Shown here: positions 42,201 through 49,194 of the stretch, piece after piece
Numbering within the stretch: the stretch's first letter is position 1
Layout: the number at the start of each line of letters is the position of its first letter
NCBI GenBank assembly: GCA_964403585.1
Contig: CAYOFQ010000001.1
Coordinates: 268,456 to 332,455, forward strand
Source: an uncultured Gammaproteobacteria bacterium
GTDB taxonomy: Bacteria > Patescibacteriota > Microgenomatia > JALYQM01
Reading direction: 5' to 3'
Length of the DNA: 64,000 nt
Program-made: the position numbers and the translations under genes
Notes under the pieces: generated by a model
What the model was told of the DNA's origin: nothing
Databases searched by the model: none
Seen by the model: only the letters and a program-made list of their open reading frames with translations

Positions 42201-44028
42201 AATCACTTCCAGTGCTCCACACCAGTTCACTGCTGCCGGCGACGTCGGTATTGCCTACGATTTACAATTCACAAACCAGACCGCATCGTATATTAAATCC
42301 AACGCGCCACTTATAATTGATGTTGGTGAATCCTTCGAAAGCAATGATCTAACCTTGCAGACATACAACAGCGGAGATATTAGCCTGGATACCGGCGCCA
42401 CCGGTTCTATTAATCTTCTTAACTCAGTTGCGTTCGGCTCTCAGATCGCCTTCACCGCTGCCGATACGACACCAGATGTCTCTGCGGGATCACACTTCAT
42501 CACCGCCGGAACCGCTACTATCAGTGATTTTGATGCCGGCACCTCCGGTACCCTTAAAGATGGTCAAATAATATTTATCGAATGTAACTCCGCGGTAACC
42601 TTTGACGTAACCGCTTCAGGGTTGAACGGCGGTTCTGCCGATCTCGCCTGTGGTGCCGGAGACATGACCACCTGGATGTATGACGGAACAGACTGGAACC
42701 TGATTGCCTGGGTCGATGACACCGATGCGCAAACCGGTGCTGACTTGGCCGAATGGTACGCCAGCAACGAAACATTAAACCCGGGCGAAGTAGTCTCTAT
42801 CGATAAAAATCAGCCCGGTGAAGCGTATGTCAAGAAAACGACTGCCGCCAAGGACTCAGCAGTTGTCGGTGTAGTCGCAACAAAGCCGGGTATTACCTTA
42901 GGTGAACCGGTTAACGGCAAGGCGTATGCAATCGCTTTGGCCGGACGCGTTCCGGTAAAAGTTTCCACCTCAAATGGACCAATCGAAAAAGGTGATTACT
43001 TAACCACTTCCGGATCCGCCGGCATCGCCACGAAAGCTACTTCTGCCGGACCAACTATCGGCAAAGCGTTAACTGCATACAATGGCTCCGGAACAGGCGA
43101 AGTTATCGTCTTCGTTAATGTCTCCTGGTTTGATCCCGATGCCTATCTTGCTTCACTGTCTAATGTAAATATTACTCCGAACAGCAGCACTGACAAATTT
43201 TCATTGGCCAATGCCGGTAACTTAATTTCGCGAATCGGTTTATTCTCTGACGCGGCAATAGGCAACCTCTCGACAGGATTCATTGATGCTAAGAAGATTT
43301 CACTCGATGGCACCAACATTATGGATCTCATTTCCAATACAACCCAGCAGGTCGCTCAATCTGCCGGAACATTTACGCAGGAAGACGTAAATTCCTTGCT
43401 CACTACTGCGTATCATCTCCAGACATCCGCCGATACGTTAGCTATAACCAAGAAGATGTTGGCCTACGCCAACGTTAACATCCAGGGTGATTTGGAAGTG
43501 TTTGGCCAAACCTTTATCAAAGGTAAGGCAACCTTTGAAGATGAGTCAGTATTTAATAAATTAGCCAGTTTTGTCTCGAACGCCGTGTTTAAAGGCAAAG
43601 TGTCATTCGAAGACCAGGTTGCCTTCAATAAAGATACCGCCGGCATAGCTATTATTGAAAAGAACAGCGACAAAGTTACCGTTATTTTCGATAAAGAATA
43701 CGACACTGTTCCACTTGTATCCGCAACTATGGTTCATGAAGGTGAAGCAAGCTCTTCGGCATTCCTGAAAACGTTTTATGTCTCTGAAAAAACTAAGAAA
43801 GGCTTCACCATTAAACTCGATACACCTCAATCGGAAGATGTTTCGTTTAACTGGATTGCCATCGCGGTAAGCGATCCTAAGATCAGCAAATCTTCCGACG
43901 CAACTCCTGCACCGTCAGTCAACCCGGTTGTCCAGGAAGGGGTAGATAAACTAATGAAAGAAGCAACCAAATCGGCACAAGTCAGTACTGCTACACAGAG
44001 TGCGCAGGCAAATACATCTACACCGTAA
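33247..44028 (+). CDS. giant (3593 aa) secreted/surface-anchored protein, Gly/Ser/Thr/Asn-rich with multiple internally duplicated ~90-130-aa modules and a distinct non-repetitive C-terminal ~450-aa domain
   Basis: One uninterrupted ORF. N-terminal signal anchor (ITILLTLGFVLITALVLGL). Three families of internal module repeats are conserved at the protein level. The C-terminal region (from about WVDDTDAQTGADLAEWY) changes composition to K/E/D-rich. Divergently transcribed from the pilin gene. Confidence 0.85.
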   Translation: MTKKITILLTLGFVLITALVLGLKQTGFARTVGTYISSAFLGQNVAPTTDAAKAKVASSGAVLGLDDEFYRSLEQINFNLPSFFNDYVNISGNLTVGGNTTLEKDATVSGSLAIDQDLTVRGQRINFGTATVTGGNLITALTAGSGIAVSTGTTPTISNSGVLSLQGRTGALALEAGDNIKIDGLKISAEVPDVPEVEVNTFKNFAVSGQSTLTASGEDDTFTFANGPGITITTNATNKTTTIGMIGTCSAGEVLKWNGVSNTWVCGNDAGSSGLGIINVEESDVVVSPTADTLDYNGNDFSLTEAPTGEINIAIDYSNSNITRKNVAETLTQSWNFSNGIQVSSLSTGVVQSNGSGVLSSSALNLAGGSSLITGVLPQANGGTGFSTYSTGDLIYASATDTLAKRSIGSNGQVLSVTGGLPVWSDVNALCATCVVTDPNATQVITPTDTAATGLSIAQIVGGTADVFSVTNNTGSTKYLQVNSSGNVSFSGNASVGGNLSVTGTSALTGNITAGGTISGLTGITSSGTITFSGLGTGVVQSNGSGVLSSTALNLAGGSSYVTGTLPQANGGTGFSTYTTGDIIYASAANTLSKRSVGTNGTVLTVSGGVPTWTTISGGSGGVCTDCIVNDPGSTQTITPTIATATGLTVAQAASGSVDIFSVTNNDGSSKFLQINSSGNIIASNLSGSGNRVLYTTAGGQVSALTDGGSNQVLTTNGSGTLSWTSLAGAGGVTGSGSNGLISFWTGTSTLSSNANFFWDDSNSRLGIGDITPAAALTVGSGDAFQVNSSGAIAAATGITSSGTIILSGLSTAGLVTNTSGGVLGTTATIGASYITADALDFTEFKDALTLDASTDIGVTGTNVFSITNSGTGNSLVVNDQASDTTPFVVDASGNVGIGVSSPGVKLDVSGQIRSTLDTTVADSGSSGASGALRLRYNSWTTGHGANLQFDIGSYDSAGNVIRSQLTNAGGSGISDLIFYGKDSTAVAQGTLSEYMRIEAGGNIGIGNTNPSYKLDIADSGTTSGIRGLNVAQTGAVSGTGYAGYFSKTGASTTNIGLYAEASGATNNYAAWFQGPTHYTRFTDGYLLDTSAANLYILDGVVFRGDLANDVSNWAIRTDFNGGTLELSTDQSGGTRNTNQVKLQADGTTYFGSGNIGIGDSSPASLFTVGSGDLFQVNSSGAIASATGITSSGTITLSGLSTAGLVTNTSGGVLGTTTTIGASYITADSLDFTEFKDAMTLDASTDIAAIGTNVFSLTNSGTGNSLVVNDQSSDTSPFIVDASGNVGIQTSTANDALDVAGNIDSSGYYKLAGTKILDLVNNGSLLVGHGAGNSIISDMDFNTLVGKDAGYSINDVGADSNTAIGYTSLYNNISGRSNVAVGLYAGGDLTSGNYNVFIGNSAGEGGTSASGSENVAIGYQSFLNFTSGVANAIFGYSSGQTITSGDYNTFLGSYIDIEDGTYSNSIGIGANAYIRSSNQLVIGGSGSSYINDAYIGGGIRSTSPQDLAINATGGQGSDIAGADLTLAGGKGTGSGLGGALIFSTAGAGSTGSTPNTLSERMRIDSSGNVNVGGDTTPNAQFTVGSTSQFQVNSSGAIAAATGVTSSGTITLSGLSTAGLVTNTSGGVLGTTSTIGASYITADSLDFTEFKDAMTLDTSTDIGVTGTNVLSVTNSGTGNSLVVNDQASDTTPFVVDASGFVGIGTSSPTNALDVGGKFVVNTTTTKAALGYTDTSLFSQTFGINGSLWLNGGIVLAGGSTITPQGGSTINIGGGNTVNINSGSIYTSGAGGNVGIGDTSPAALLTVGSGDLFRVNSSGAIAAATGIASSGTITFSGLSSGITSNGVCLNASNQLITCSYGGGTGTMNTFTAAGDSGGGQTITDNNTLSILGGTNGIDTVDSITDTITLNLDTTEIGSTTFGSGSGLTWTFDASAGTDPTIAFANNAITFTANSATFTGAITAPTSSNTINSLIINAGALSGVTGFSQASGAFTVNGSGAVALGTGTNNVSIGNSSGTFALTSSGGLNVTTGGALTGVASIDTISTSATAIGFAGAGTITSNTTSALTLDSGSSGTVNLGTGNNAKTINVGTGTAGNTINVGTDNTVADTIGIGSALDTVSVAGTTSILGATTINGSGSLATNIGTGTSTGTITIGRTTGTDLALNDSNWNISGAGAANFGSIGATTPGTGAFTTLSSTGATTIGNNSSTVAIDSSVWDISSAGVASGLTGISSSGTITFSGISSGTASNGVCVNASNQLITCSYGGGTMSSFNTGGDTGSGSIINGDTLVINGGTNGIDTALSGDTYTLNLDTTEIGTSTFGSGSGITWTFDAGATDPTLAFASDQITATAGTAVLSGTTTLTASSLSTLTTAATLGMASTSTLNCADCIDFDDMKDSMTIDAATDINLGANAFTIDLDSTGDFSIRDVTADIATFSDNGAISFTPTSGQGITNTIAGAGNFTVTTATGTQTFTSSVVSGTTTTSGFVFDATAINSGTGMYLTSDSITSGKLLQLATTGNTFTSGTILDVTTTSTSLTSGGLGSFDWSPGSSTTATGDLFSLNIGTNGNIGSIFNVKDSGTSVFSVTESAITANLPANFNAAGDVSFANNLALTNQTASYIRSNAPLYLEAGEIFESNDLTLRTYNSGQLVIDAAGGTNINSVSYIWPSSQAASSGYVLTNNGSGTLSWATAGSMSSFTAAGDTGSSQTISNSDTFSILGDTNGIDTVASATDTITLNLDTTEIGTTTFGSGSNLTWTFNSAGATDPTFTAGTGTLSYGLVDNTASAFTLAEGSNNYFRIDTTNSAPVVTLDTLEAGGTMNFGSSNFGRTINIGTGTGADTINIGTGATTADAITVGNTGVATTFTFNSGATTQTPMAFNLDALTTGTGLDFSLDGLTTGIGMKVDDNTGAGLSTGTMLYINSVSTALTTATNGGSLGYFNWNPGSSTTATGDLFRINIGSSGSTTGNLFNITDNGTSIFSVSETGITSSAPHQFTAAGDVGIAYDLQFTNQTASYIKSNAPLIIDVGESFESNDLTLQTYNSGDISLDTGATGSINLLNSVAFGSQIAFTAADTTPDVSAGSHFITAGTATISDFDAGTSGTLKDGQIIFIECNSAVTFDVTASGLNGGSADLACGAGDMTTWMYDGTDWNLIAWVDDTDAQTGADLAEWYASNETLNPGEVVSIDKNQPGEAYVKKTTAAKDSAVVGVVATKPGITLGEPVNGKAYAIALAGRVPVKVSTSNGPIEKGDYLTTSGSAGIATKATSAGPTIGKALTAYNGSGTGEVIVFVNVSWFDPDAYLASLSNVNITPNSSTDKFSLANAGNLISRIGLFSDAAIGNLSTGFIDAKKISLDGTNIMDLISNTTQQVAQSAGTFTQEDVNSLLTTAYHLQTSADTLAITKKMLAYANVNIQGDLEVFGQTFIKGKATFEDESVFNKLASFVSNAVFKGKVSFEDQVAFNKDTAGIAIIEKNSDKVTVIFDKEYDTVPLVSATMVHEGEASSSAFLKTFYVSEKTKKGFTIKLDTPQSEDVSFNWIAIAVSDPKISKSSDATPAPSVNPVVQEGVDKLMKEATKSAQVSTATQSAQANTSTP
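35590..35950 (+). repeat. giant-gene internal module repeat family A, copy 1 (FQVNSSGAIAAATGITSSGTI...LDFTEFKDA...NSLVVNDQASDTTPFVVDASGNVGIG)
   Basis: Protein-level repeat shared with copies at ~36753-37110 and ~37995-38360. DNA identity is only moderate, indicating old duplications. Confidence 0.7.
36753..37110 (+). repeat. module repeat family A, copy 2
   Basis: SGDLFQVNSSGAIASATGITSSGTITLSGLSTAGLVTNTSGGVLGTTTTIGASYITADSLDFTEFKDAMTLDASTDI...VVNDQSSDTSPFIVDASGNVGIQ. Confidence 0.7.
37995..38360 (+). repeat. module repeat family A, copy 3. A partial fourth copy lies at ~38660-38770.
   Basis: QFQVNSSGAIAAATGVTSSGTITLSGLSTAGLVTNTSGGVLGTTSTIGASYITADSLDFTEFKDAMTLDTSTDIGVTGTNVLSVTNSGTGNSLVVNDQASDTTPFVVDASGFVGIG. 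Confidence 0.7.
38821..39075 (+). repeat. module repeat family B, copy 1 (GGTNGIDTV...LNLDTTEIG.TTFGSGSGLTWTFDA). Copies 2 and 3 at ~40036-40270 and ~41322-41560.
   Basis: Three copies of an ~85-aa module, each preceded by a CxNASNQLITCSYGGG or similar junction. Confidence 0.65.
40861..41230 (+). repeat. module repeat family C, copy 1 (F(D/N)W.PGSSTTATGDLF..NIG...G..FN..D.GTS.FSV.E..IT...P..F.AAGDV......L.FTNQTASYI.SNAPL....GE.FESNDLTL.TYNSG). Copy 2 at ~42046-42420.
   Basis: Two ~120-aa copies with ~60% aa identity. Confidence 0.65.
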
Positions 44029-44054
44029 CGGAACATTGCTACTGGATTATCACT

Positions 44055-44085
44055 TTGCTACTATGATACCTACTACAGGTAGTAT
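44055..44085 (+). promoter_or_regulatory. conserved promoter-like leader of LamG paralog 1: -35-like TTGCTA, 19-nt spacer containing TACTAcaggTAGTA inverted repeat, -10-like TAGTAT, 12 nt before the ATG
   Basis: About 45 nt upstream of ATG 44098 are nearly identical to the sequence upstream of ATG 49195 (GCTACTATGAnACnTACTACAGGTAGTATyAAAGCTGTCCAAATGAA), while the rest of both intergenic regions is unrelated. Confidence 0.4.
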
Positions 44086-44097
44086 TAAGCTGTCCAA

Positions 44098-47000
44098 ATG
44101 AAGTTATTTAATAAGTCATCGCGCAGAAACATACGACTCCGCCTTATTGCAACAATACTTTGCATAGGTCTTATTTCAGGAATAGTCTGGTTACTACTAA
44201 ATCCCACCGAATCAGTTGCTGCTTGGTACGACGATTCGTATGCCTACCGTGCTAAACAAACCATCGGCAATACCAGCTCTGCTGACAGCAACAAAAAAGT
44301 AAAATTAGATATAGATACAGCCACGCTAATAACTGCTGGGAAAATGCAATCCGATTGCGATGATACTCGTTTCACCGATATTAATGGCAAGCAATTACAA
44401 TATTTTCTCGACTCTGCTGGAGGTGCGTGCAACGGCGCCTCCACTGACTACTACGTCTTACTTCCAACCATTAACGCCGGTACGACAATTATGTATATGT
44501 ACTATGGCAATTCCTTAGCCAACTCCGGATCACAATCGAGTCAATTCTCACAAGCTACTTTTTCACCGACCTCCGGACCTACTGCTGCAACCGAGGAGCA
44601 GGGGGCAGCGCCAAGGCTGTATTGGAAATTTGACGAAGGGCAAGGAACAAGCACTAATGATACGACCAAAAATAATAATACCGGCACTCTCGGAGGCTCT
44701 AATGCCGACCCCTCCTGGCAAACAGAAGATCAATGTGTAAGTGGAATATGTTTAAAATTCGACGGCTCTAATGATTATGTGTCACGTACATATAGCAGCG
44801 ATTCTGAGCTTGCACCGGGCACCGCCAGTTTTTCGGTGAGCGTTTGGTTTAGACATTCCACTGCAAATTTATCCGGAAATAACATGCTCATAACCAGAAG
44901 TGCGAGCGGAGTTGGCTACAAAGTATATATGAACAGTTCTGAACAGATGTGTTTCGGCGTCGATGATGTTACCGGATCATTCCCTTCCGACTCAGCCTGC
45001 TCGACAGCAGCATATAATGACTCACAGTGGCATTTCCTTGAAGCAGTGAAGTCGGGGACGTCATCGGTAACGCTATACATCGATGGTAATCAAGTGGCGC
45101 AGGACGCATCTTTAGCAGCAACAGGCTCGCTTTCGGCAAGCAATCCTACGTTGTATGTAGGCATCGATTCCGATGGTACGAGCACGCCGTGGGACGGTTT
45201 TATTGATGAATTTAAATACTACGATTCTGCTCGCAGTTCTGCACAGGTCCAAACGGATTTTTCAGCCAAAGGTTCAGTAGCAGGTAGTGCAGTTGCATTT
45301 GGCAATAATAAGAATACCAATTTGGATAGTGGATTGACTGGATATTGGAAGATGGACGAGTCCGCCGCAAACAGCTGTACTGGGGGGACTAATGATTCGT
45401 GTGATAGTTCAGGAAATGTGAAAGATTTAGCATGGTCAGGTACTACCACCAGCAGTTCTGGAAAATTCGGTAACGCGACTGCTTACGGCGGAACTAACGA
45501 TTATGCCAACGCAGGCAATATAAATAATATTACGGCATCAGATAGCCTTACTATTTCATTCTGGATATACAGAACTAATACTACAAGCGATCAATATCTT
45601 ATAGATAAGAAAAGTTCCGCTGCTGCTGCCGGCTCGGTAGGTTATTCTATATTGCAATACTCAACTGCCAACGGTGGGAATACGTGCCTATACGTATCCG
45701 ATGGAACAAATCAGTATGAAAATTGCACTGCCAATAACACTACCACAACAACCAGTACATGGGAGCACTTAATCTTTACTTTTGACCGATCTGGTGGAAC
45801 TACAAGTTCAACAATTTATAAAAACGGAACAAATGCAGAATTCTCAGTATACGAAGTAGGTAATCCGAGAACAGTAGGATCTGCCTCTAATTCGTTAGGA
45901 CTATGCTTTGGCACTCCGGCTGCCGCCGCAGGAGCATGCAATACTTCAGGTACACTTGAATTCACTGGAAGATTAGATGAAGTCAGAATGTATAACCGGT
46001 CACTATCGTGTAGTGAAGTGCTTTCTTTGTATGACTGGGGACCATACCCTGTAGGCTATTGGAATCTTGATGAACGAACCGGCACTACTGCAAATGATAC
46101 CAGCGGCAACCAAAACTCTGGAACACTTTCCAACACAACCTGGAAGGCTTGTAAAATTGGAGCATGCATAACTTCATCCATAGATGGCACGCAAAATATC
46201 ACTACGGTTACTGACCCCAGTAGTGGTATCCTCGATTTTTCCAATACCCAAAACTTCAGTTACGAAGCTTGGATAAAAGCAACCAATAAGGAAGACGTTA
46301 CTCATCCTATTCGAAAAGGTGGCACCAGTTCAAGTGTCGTAGGATATTATATGCAATTGGATACCGGAACAACCGCGACCTGTGCCTACACTGATGGGAA
46401 TGGCGTTGGCGGAGTAGACTCAACATCTTCGACCACTAATGTGCAGGACGGCAATTGGCATCATATTGCCTGCGTCATGGACAGAGATTCAACTGCATTT
46501 TCAATTTACGTTGACGGAAAACTCGAGGCTTCCGATACATCTCTAACTGAGGGGAGCGCCGCAAGTAATCCTAATAATTTAATCTTTGGTGAAACATCGG
46601 TATCAAGTGAGTTTGATGGCGGCATTGACGATGTCCGCATCTATAATTATTCCAGAACTGCTAAACAAATAGTGCAGGATATGAACGGTGGACTCCCTTC
46701 AGTTGGTGGAGTTGGTTCACCAGCCAATACTATAGCCTATTGGAATCTCGATGAAGGGCAGGGAACTACCGCCAATGATAAGTCCGGTCGGGGCAACTCG
46801 TTAACACTAAACACCTCCACGTCTGCCTGGACAACCAGCGGCAAATTTGCCAGCGCTTGGAACGGCTTAGGATCCAATTGGCTTACCCGCGCCGATGATG
46901 ATGATTTCGATTTTGCAGCTGCTGAAGATTTCTCCATCAGTTTATGGGTAAAGTCAGATAGTACTACCAACCCGAGTGGTGCCGAATATGTTTTAAGTAA

Positions 47001-48843
47001 ACTAGAATCAAGTGCAGGTTACAGAATACGTTTTAATACTAGTGGTCAAATCAGATTCAGTATTGATGACGACACGGCATATACTCCCGACGATGAGGTC
47101 ACTTCAACCGCTGATATTTATGATGCCGCTTGGCATAATGTCATAACGGTTAAAAATGGCACTTCCCGTATTGATCTTTATGTTGACGGTAATCTGGTTG
47201 CTACAGATACCAGTTTAGCCGCCACCGGGACACTTGCAAATGCGATCGCCTTGTATTTAGGCGATCGCAACGGGGTTGACGGCGGAGACGAATTTAACGG
47301 TGATATTGATGAGATTAAATTTTACCGATATGCGCTCAATGCGCAAGAAGTTAAGGCCGAGTTCAATCAGGGATCCTCACAGTCTATTGGCTCAGTTTCG
47401 ACTACTTCTACAGGAACAGGGGATAACTCAGCAGCGAGAGAATACTGTGTTCCGGGCGATGCTACGTCCTGCGCTGGTCCTGTTGGAGACTGGAAATTAG
47501 ACGAACGCACCGGCACTACAGCCAAAGACTCAAGTGGAAACGGTCTCTACGGAACATTGAATGGTACAACAACCTGGACGACTGGCAAAATTGGTGCATC
47601 TGTCAATTACACCAATACGTCAGGAGAATACATTGATATTGGTGACAATGCCTCACTTGATTTTGGGGCCTCAGCCGATTTTACACTTGAAGCCTGGGTT
47701 AACCGTGCAGCGGCAGTCGAACAGGATGCGATCATTGAAAAAAAGAACGTTACCGATTCCTGTTCAGCAGATCCCGGATATTCCCTTTATATTACTACTG
47801 CCGGTTTAGCCAAGTTCCGTGCCTGCGATGCCGCAGATAATGCCTACAATGTTGAATCTACATCTACGCTCACTAACGGAACATGGTTTCATGTTGTGCT
47901 GGTCTGGGATGATGACAGTAGTACCGGAACTAGAATGTATGTAAACGGAAAGAATGATACGGGAACCGTTTCCGGAACCATTACCTCGGTAGGAGATTTG
48001 TCTAATGCGCTTTCGCTAAGAATCGGCAGCGAATCGGATGGTGGAAAAGCTATGAATGGGAAACTGGATCAGGTAAAAATTTATAATTACGCGCGAACTC
48101 CTGCTCAAATTGCTTGGTCATATAATCAAGGAGGTCCAGTCGCCTGGTATAAATTTGACGAGTGCTCCGGCACAACCGCCAACGACGCTTCCGCTAACAG
48201 TAATACCGGCACTATTAGTGTTGGAAGTTCGGGAGCATATACTGCCATCGGAACCTGTAATTCAGGAACGTCAACCGAGGCCTGGAATGCCGGCTCTACC
48301 GGAAAGTTTAGCAGCAGTATCGCTCTTGATGACACTGACGATTATGTCGATCTCGGAGATCAGAGTGCCATGGAAAGTATTAGTCAGGCTTCCTGGACAT
48401 TCTGGACTAATCCGAGTGTTACCAATGCCTGTATTTTCTGTAAAGCCAATAGTGACGGCACGCAAAGTGCGTGGAGATTTACACCCGGAACCGGACTGCG
48501 TGCCTACCTTGCTTCAACCAGTACCAATTATGGGGAAACAGTCAAATCATATATTAATGGAAGTTGGGTCCACGCTGCAGTTATCTTTGATGGAACCCTA
48601 TCCGGGAATGCCAACAGATTAAAAATTTATCTGGATGGTAAAAGCGAACCACTGACCTTCTCAGGAACGATACCGGCTGCCACTTCTGCAACAACCAGCA
48701 ATGCACGGTTAAACTCATATTCCAATGGAAGCTCTTTCAGTAGATCTTTATATGATGATGTGCGAATGTACAACTATCCGTTAACCGCAGTCCAAGTACG
48801 AAACGTCTACAATGAGGGTAGTGCGGTCCGGCTGGGCCAATAA
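44098..48843 (+). CDS. large (1581 aa) secreted protein with N-terminal signal anchor and about six LamG_3 (concanavalin A-like lectin/glucanase) domains
   Basis: Recurrent LamG_3 signatures: W(K/N)(F/L)DE..G T(T/S)..D.SGN.N.GTL; Cys-pair segments; the strand motif W(H/F)H(V/I)A; and C-terminal motifs DEV(R/K)(I/M)YN.(A/S)L(S/T)..(E/Q)(I/V). N-terminal TM is RLIATILCIGLISGIVWLLL. Confidence 0.8.
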   Translation: MKLFNKSSRRNIRLRLIATILCIGLISGIVWLLLNPTESVAAWYDDSYAYRAKQTIGNTSSADSNKKVKLDIDTATLITAGKMQSDCDDTRFTDINGKQLQYFLDSAGGACNGASTDYYVLLPTINAGTTIMYMYYGNSLANSGSQSSQFSQATFSPTSGPTAATEEQGAAPRLYWKFDEGQGTSTNDTTKNNNTGTLGGSNADPSWQTEDQCVSGICLKFDGSNDYVSRTYSSDSELAPGTASFSVSVWFRHSTANLSGNNMLITRSASGVGYKVYMNSSEQMCFGVDDVTGSFPSDSACSTAAYNDSQWHFLEAVKSGTSSVTLYIDGNQVAQDASLAATGSLSASNPTLYVGIDSDGTSTPWDGFIDEFKYYDSARSSAQVQTDFSAKGSVAGSAVAFGNNKNTNLDSGLTGYWKMDESAANSCTGGTNDSCDSSGNVKDLAWSGTTTSSSGKFGNATAYGGTNDYANAGNINNITASDSLTISFWIYRTNTTSDQYLIDKKSSAAAAGSVGYSILQYSTANGGNTCLYVSDGTNQYENCTANNTTTTTSTWEHLIFTFDRSGGTTSSTIYKNGTNAEFSVYEVGNPRTVGSASNSLGLCFGTPAAAAGACNTSGTLEFTGRLDEVRMYNRSLSCSEVLSLYDWGPYPVGYWNLDERTGTTANDTSGNQNSGTLSNTTWKACKIGACITSSIDGTQNITTVTDPSSGILDFSNTQNFSYEAWIKATNKEDVTHPIRKGGTSSSVVGYYMQLDTGTTATCAYTDGNGVGGVDSTSSTTNVQDGNWHHIACVMDRDSTAFSIYVDGKLEASDTSLTEGSAASNPNNLIFGETSVSSEFDGGIDDVRIYNYSRTAKQIVQDMNGGLPSVGGVGSPANTIAYWNLDEGQGTTANDKSGRGNSLTLNTSTSAWTTSGKFASAWNGLGSNWLTRADDDDFDFAAAEDFSISLWVKSDSTTNPSGAEYVLSKLESSAGYRIRFNTSGQIRFSIDDDTAYTPDDEVTSTADIYDAAWHNVITVKNGTSRIDLYVDGNLVATDTSLAATGTLANAIALYLGDRNGVDGGDEFNGDIDEIKFYRYALNAQEVKAEFNQGSSQSIGSVSTTSTGTGDNSAAREYCVPGDATSCAGPVGDWKLDERTGTTAKDSSGNGLYGTLNGTTTWTTGKIGASVNYTNTSGEYIDIGDNASLDFGASADFTLEAWVNRAAAVEQDAIIEKKNVTDSCSADPGYSLYITTAGLAKFRACDAADNAYNVESTSTLTNGTWFHVVLVWDDDSSTGTRMYVNGKNDTGTVSGTITSVGDLSNALSLRIGSESDGGKAMNGKLDQVKIYNYARTPAQIAWSYNQGGPVAWYKFDECSGTTANDASANSNTGTISVGSSGAYTAIGTCNSGTSTEAWNAGSTGKFSSSIALDDTDDYVDLGDQSAMESISQASWTFWTNPSVTNACIFCKANSDGTQSAWRFTPGTGLRAYLASTSTNYGETVKSYINGSWVHAAVIFDGTLSGNANRLKIYLDGKSEPLTFSGTIPAATSATTSNARLNSYSNGSSFSRSLYDDVRMYNYPLTAVQVRNVYNEGSAVRLGQ

Positions 48844-49150
48844 ACTACGTATTATTATCGTGGTACTCTGTGAAACCACACGAAGGTTTCCTGAGCTTCA
48901 GACCTAACCAACTTTCCGGTATTGATCAATCTTTATTGAAAAATTTTACCCAAAGCTCGGGTAACCTGATCGCCTAGGTAAAAATACGGACATTGCTGTT
49001 GTTGGTCGGAGCGCGCTAATGTAAATCTAAAATGTTTGTAAACGGCAAAGGTCTTACCTCTTACAAGTACGGACACTCCATAACGAAAACAGTTCGGTTC
49101 GCTTCGGCCAGTAATACGCTGGCTGGTTTTATTGCCTCTCGACTTGAACT

Positions 49151-49181
49151 CTGCTACTATGAGACGTACTACAGGTAGTAT
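49151..49181 (+). promoter_or_regulatory. second copy of the conserved promoter-like leader (CTGCTA - 19 nt - TAGTAT), upstream of LamG paralog 2
   Basis: See the 44055-44085 feature. The two copies differ at 3-4 positions only. Confidence 0.4.
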
Positions 49182-49194
49182 CAAAGCTGTCCAA

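Noticed and set aside
33504-43830. Many minus-strand ORFs inside the giant gene (for example 38799-40013, 404 aa; 40590-41087; 38157-38570)
   Set aside because: They are Pro/Val/Glu-rich low-complexity translations of the antisense of Gly/Ser/Thr codon repeats. They are nested entirely inside a continuous 10.8-kb sense ORF.
42700-44028. Giant-protein C-terminal domain as a Peptidase_S74 intramolecular chaperone (phage tail-fibre type)
   Set aside because: The hallmark S-D cleavage site followed by RLKxNI and GxIAQE is absent. Only a vague compositional resemblance exists, so no call is made.
48844-49194. Minus-strand ORF 48933-49184 and a possible tRNA in the LamG intergenic region
   Set aside because: The ORF overlaps the conserved leader and has no features. 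No cloverleaf or T-loop (GTTCRA) consensus was found here or elsewhere in the window.
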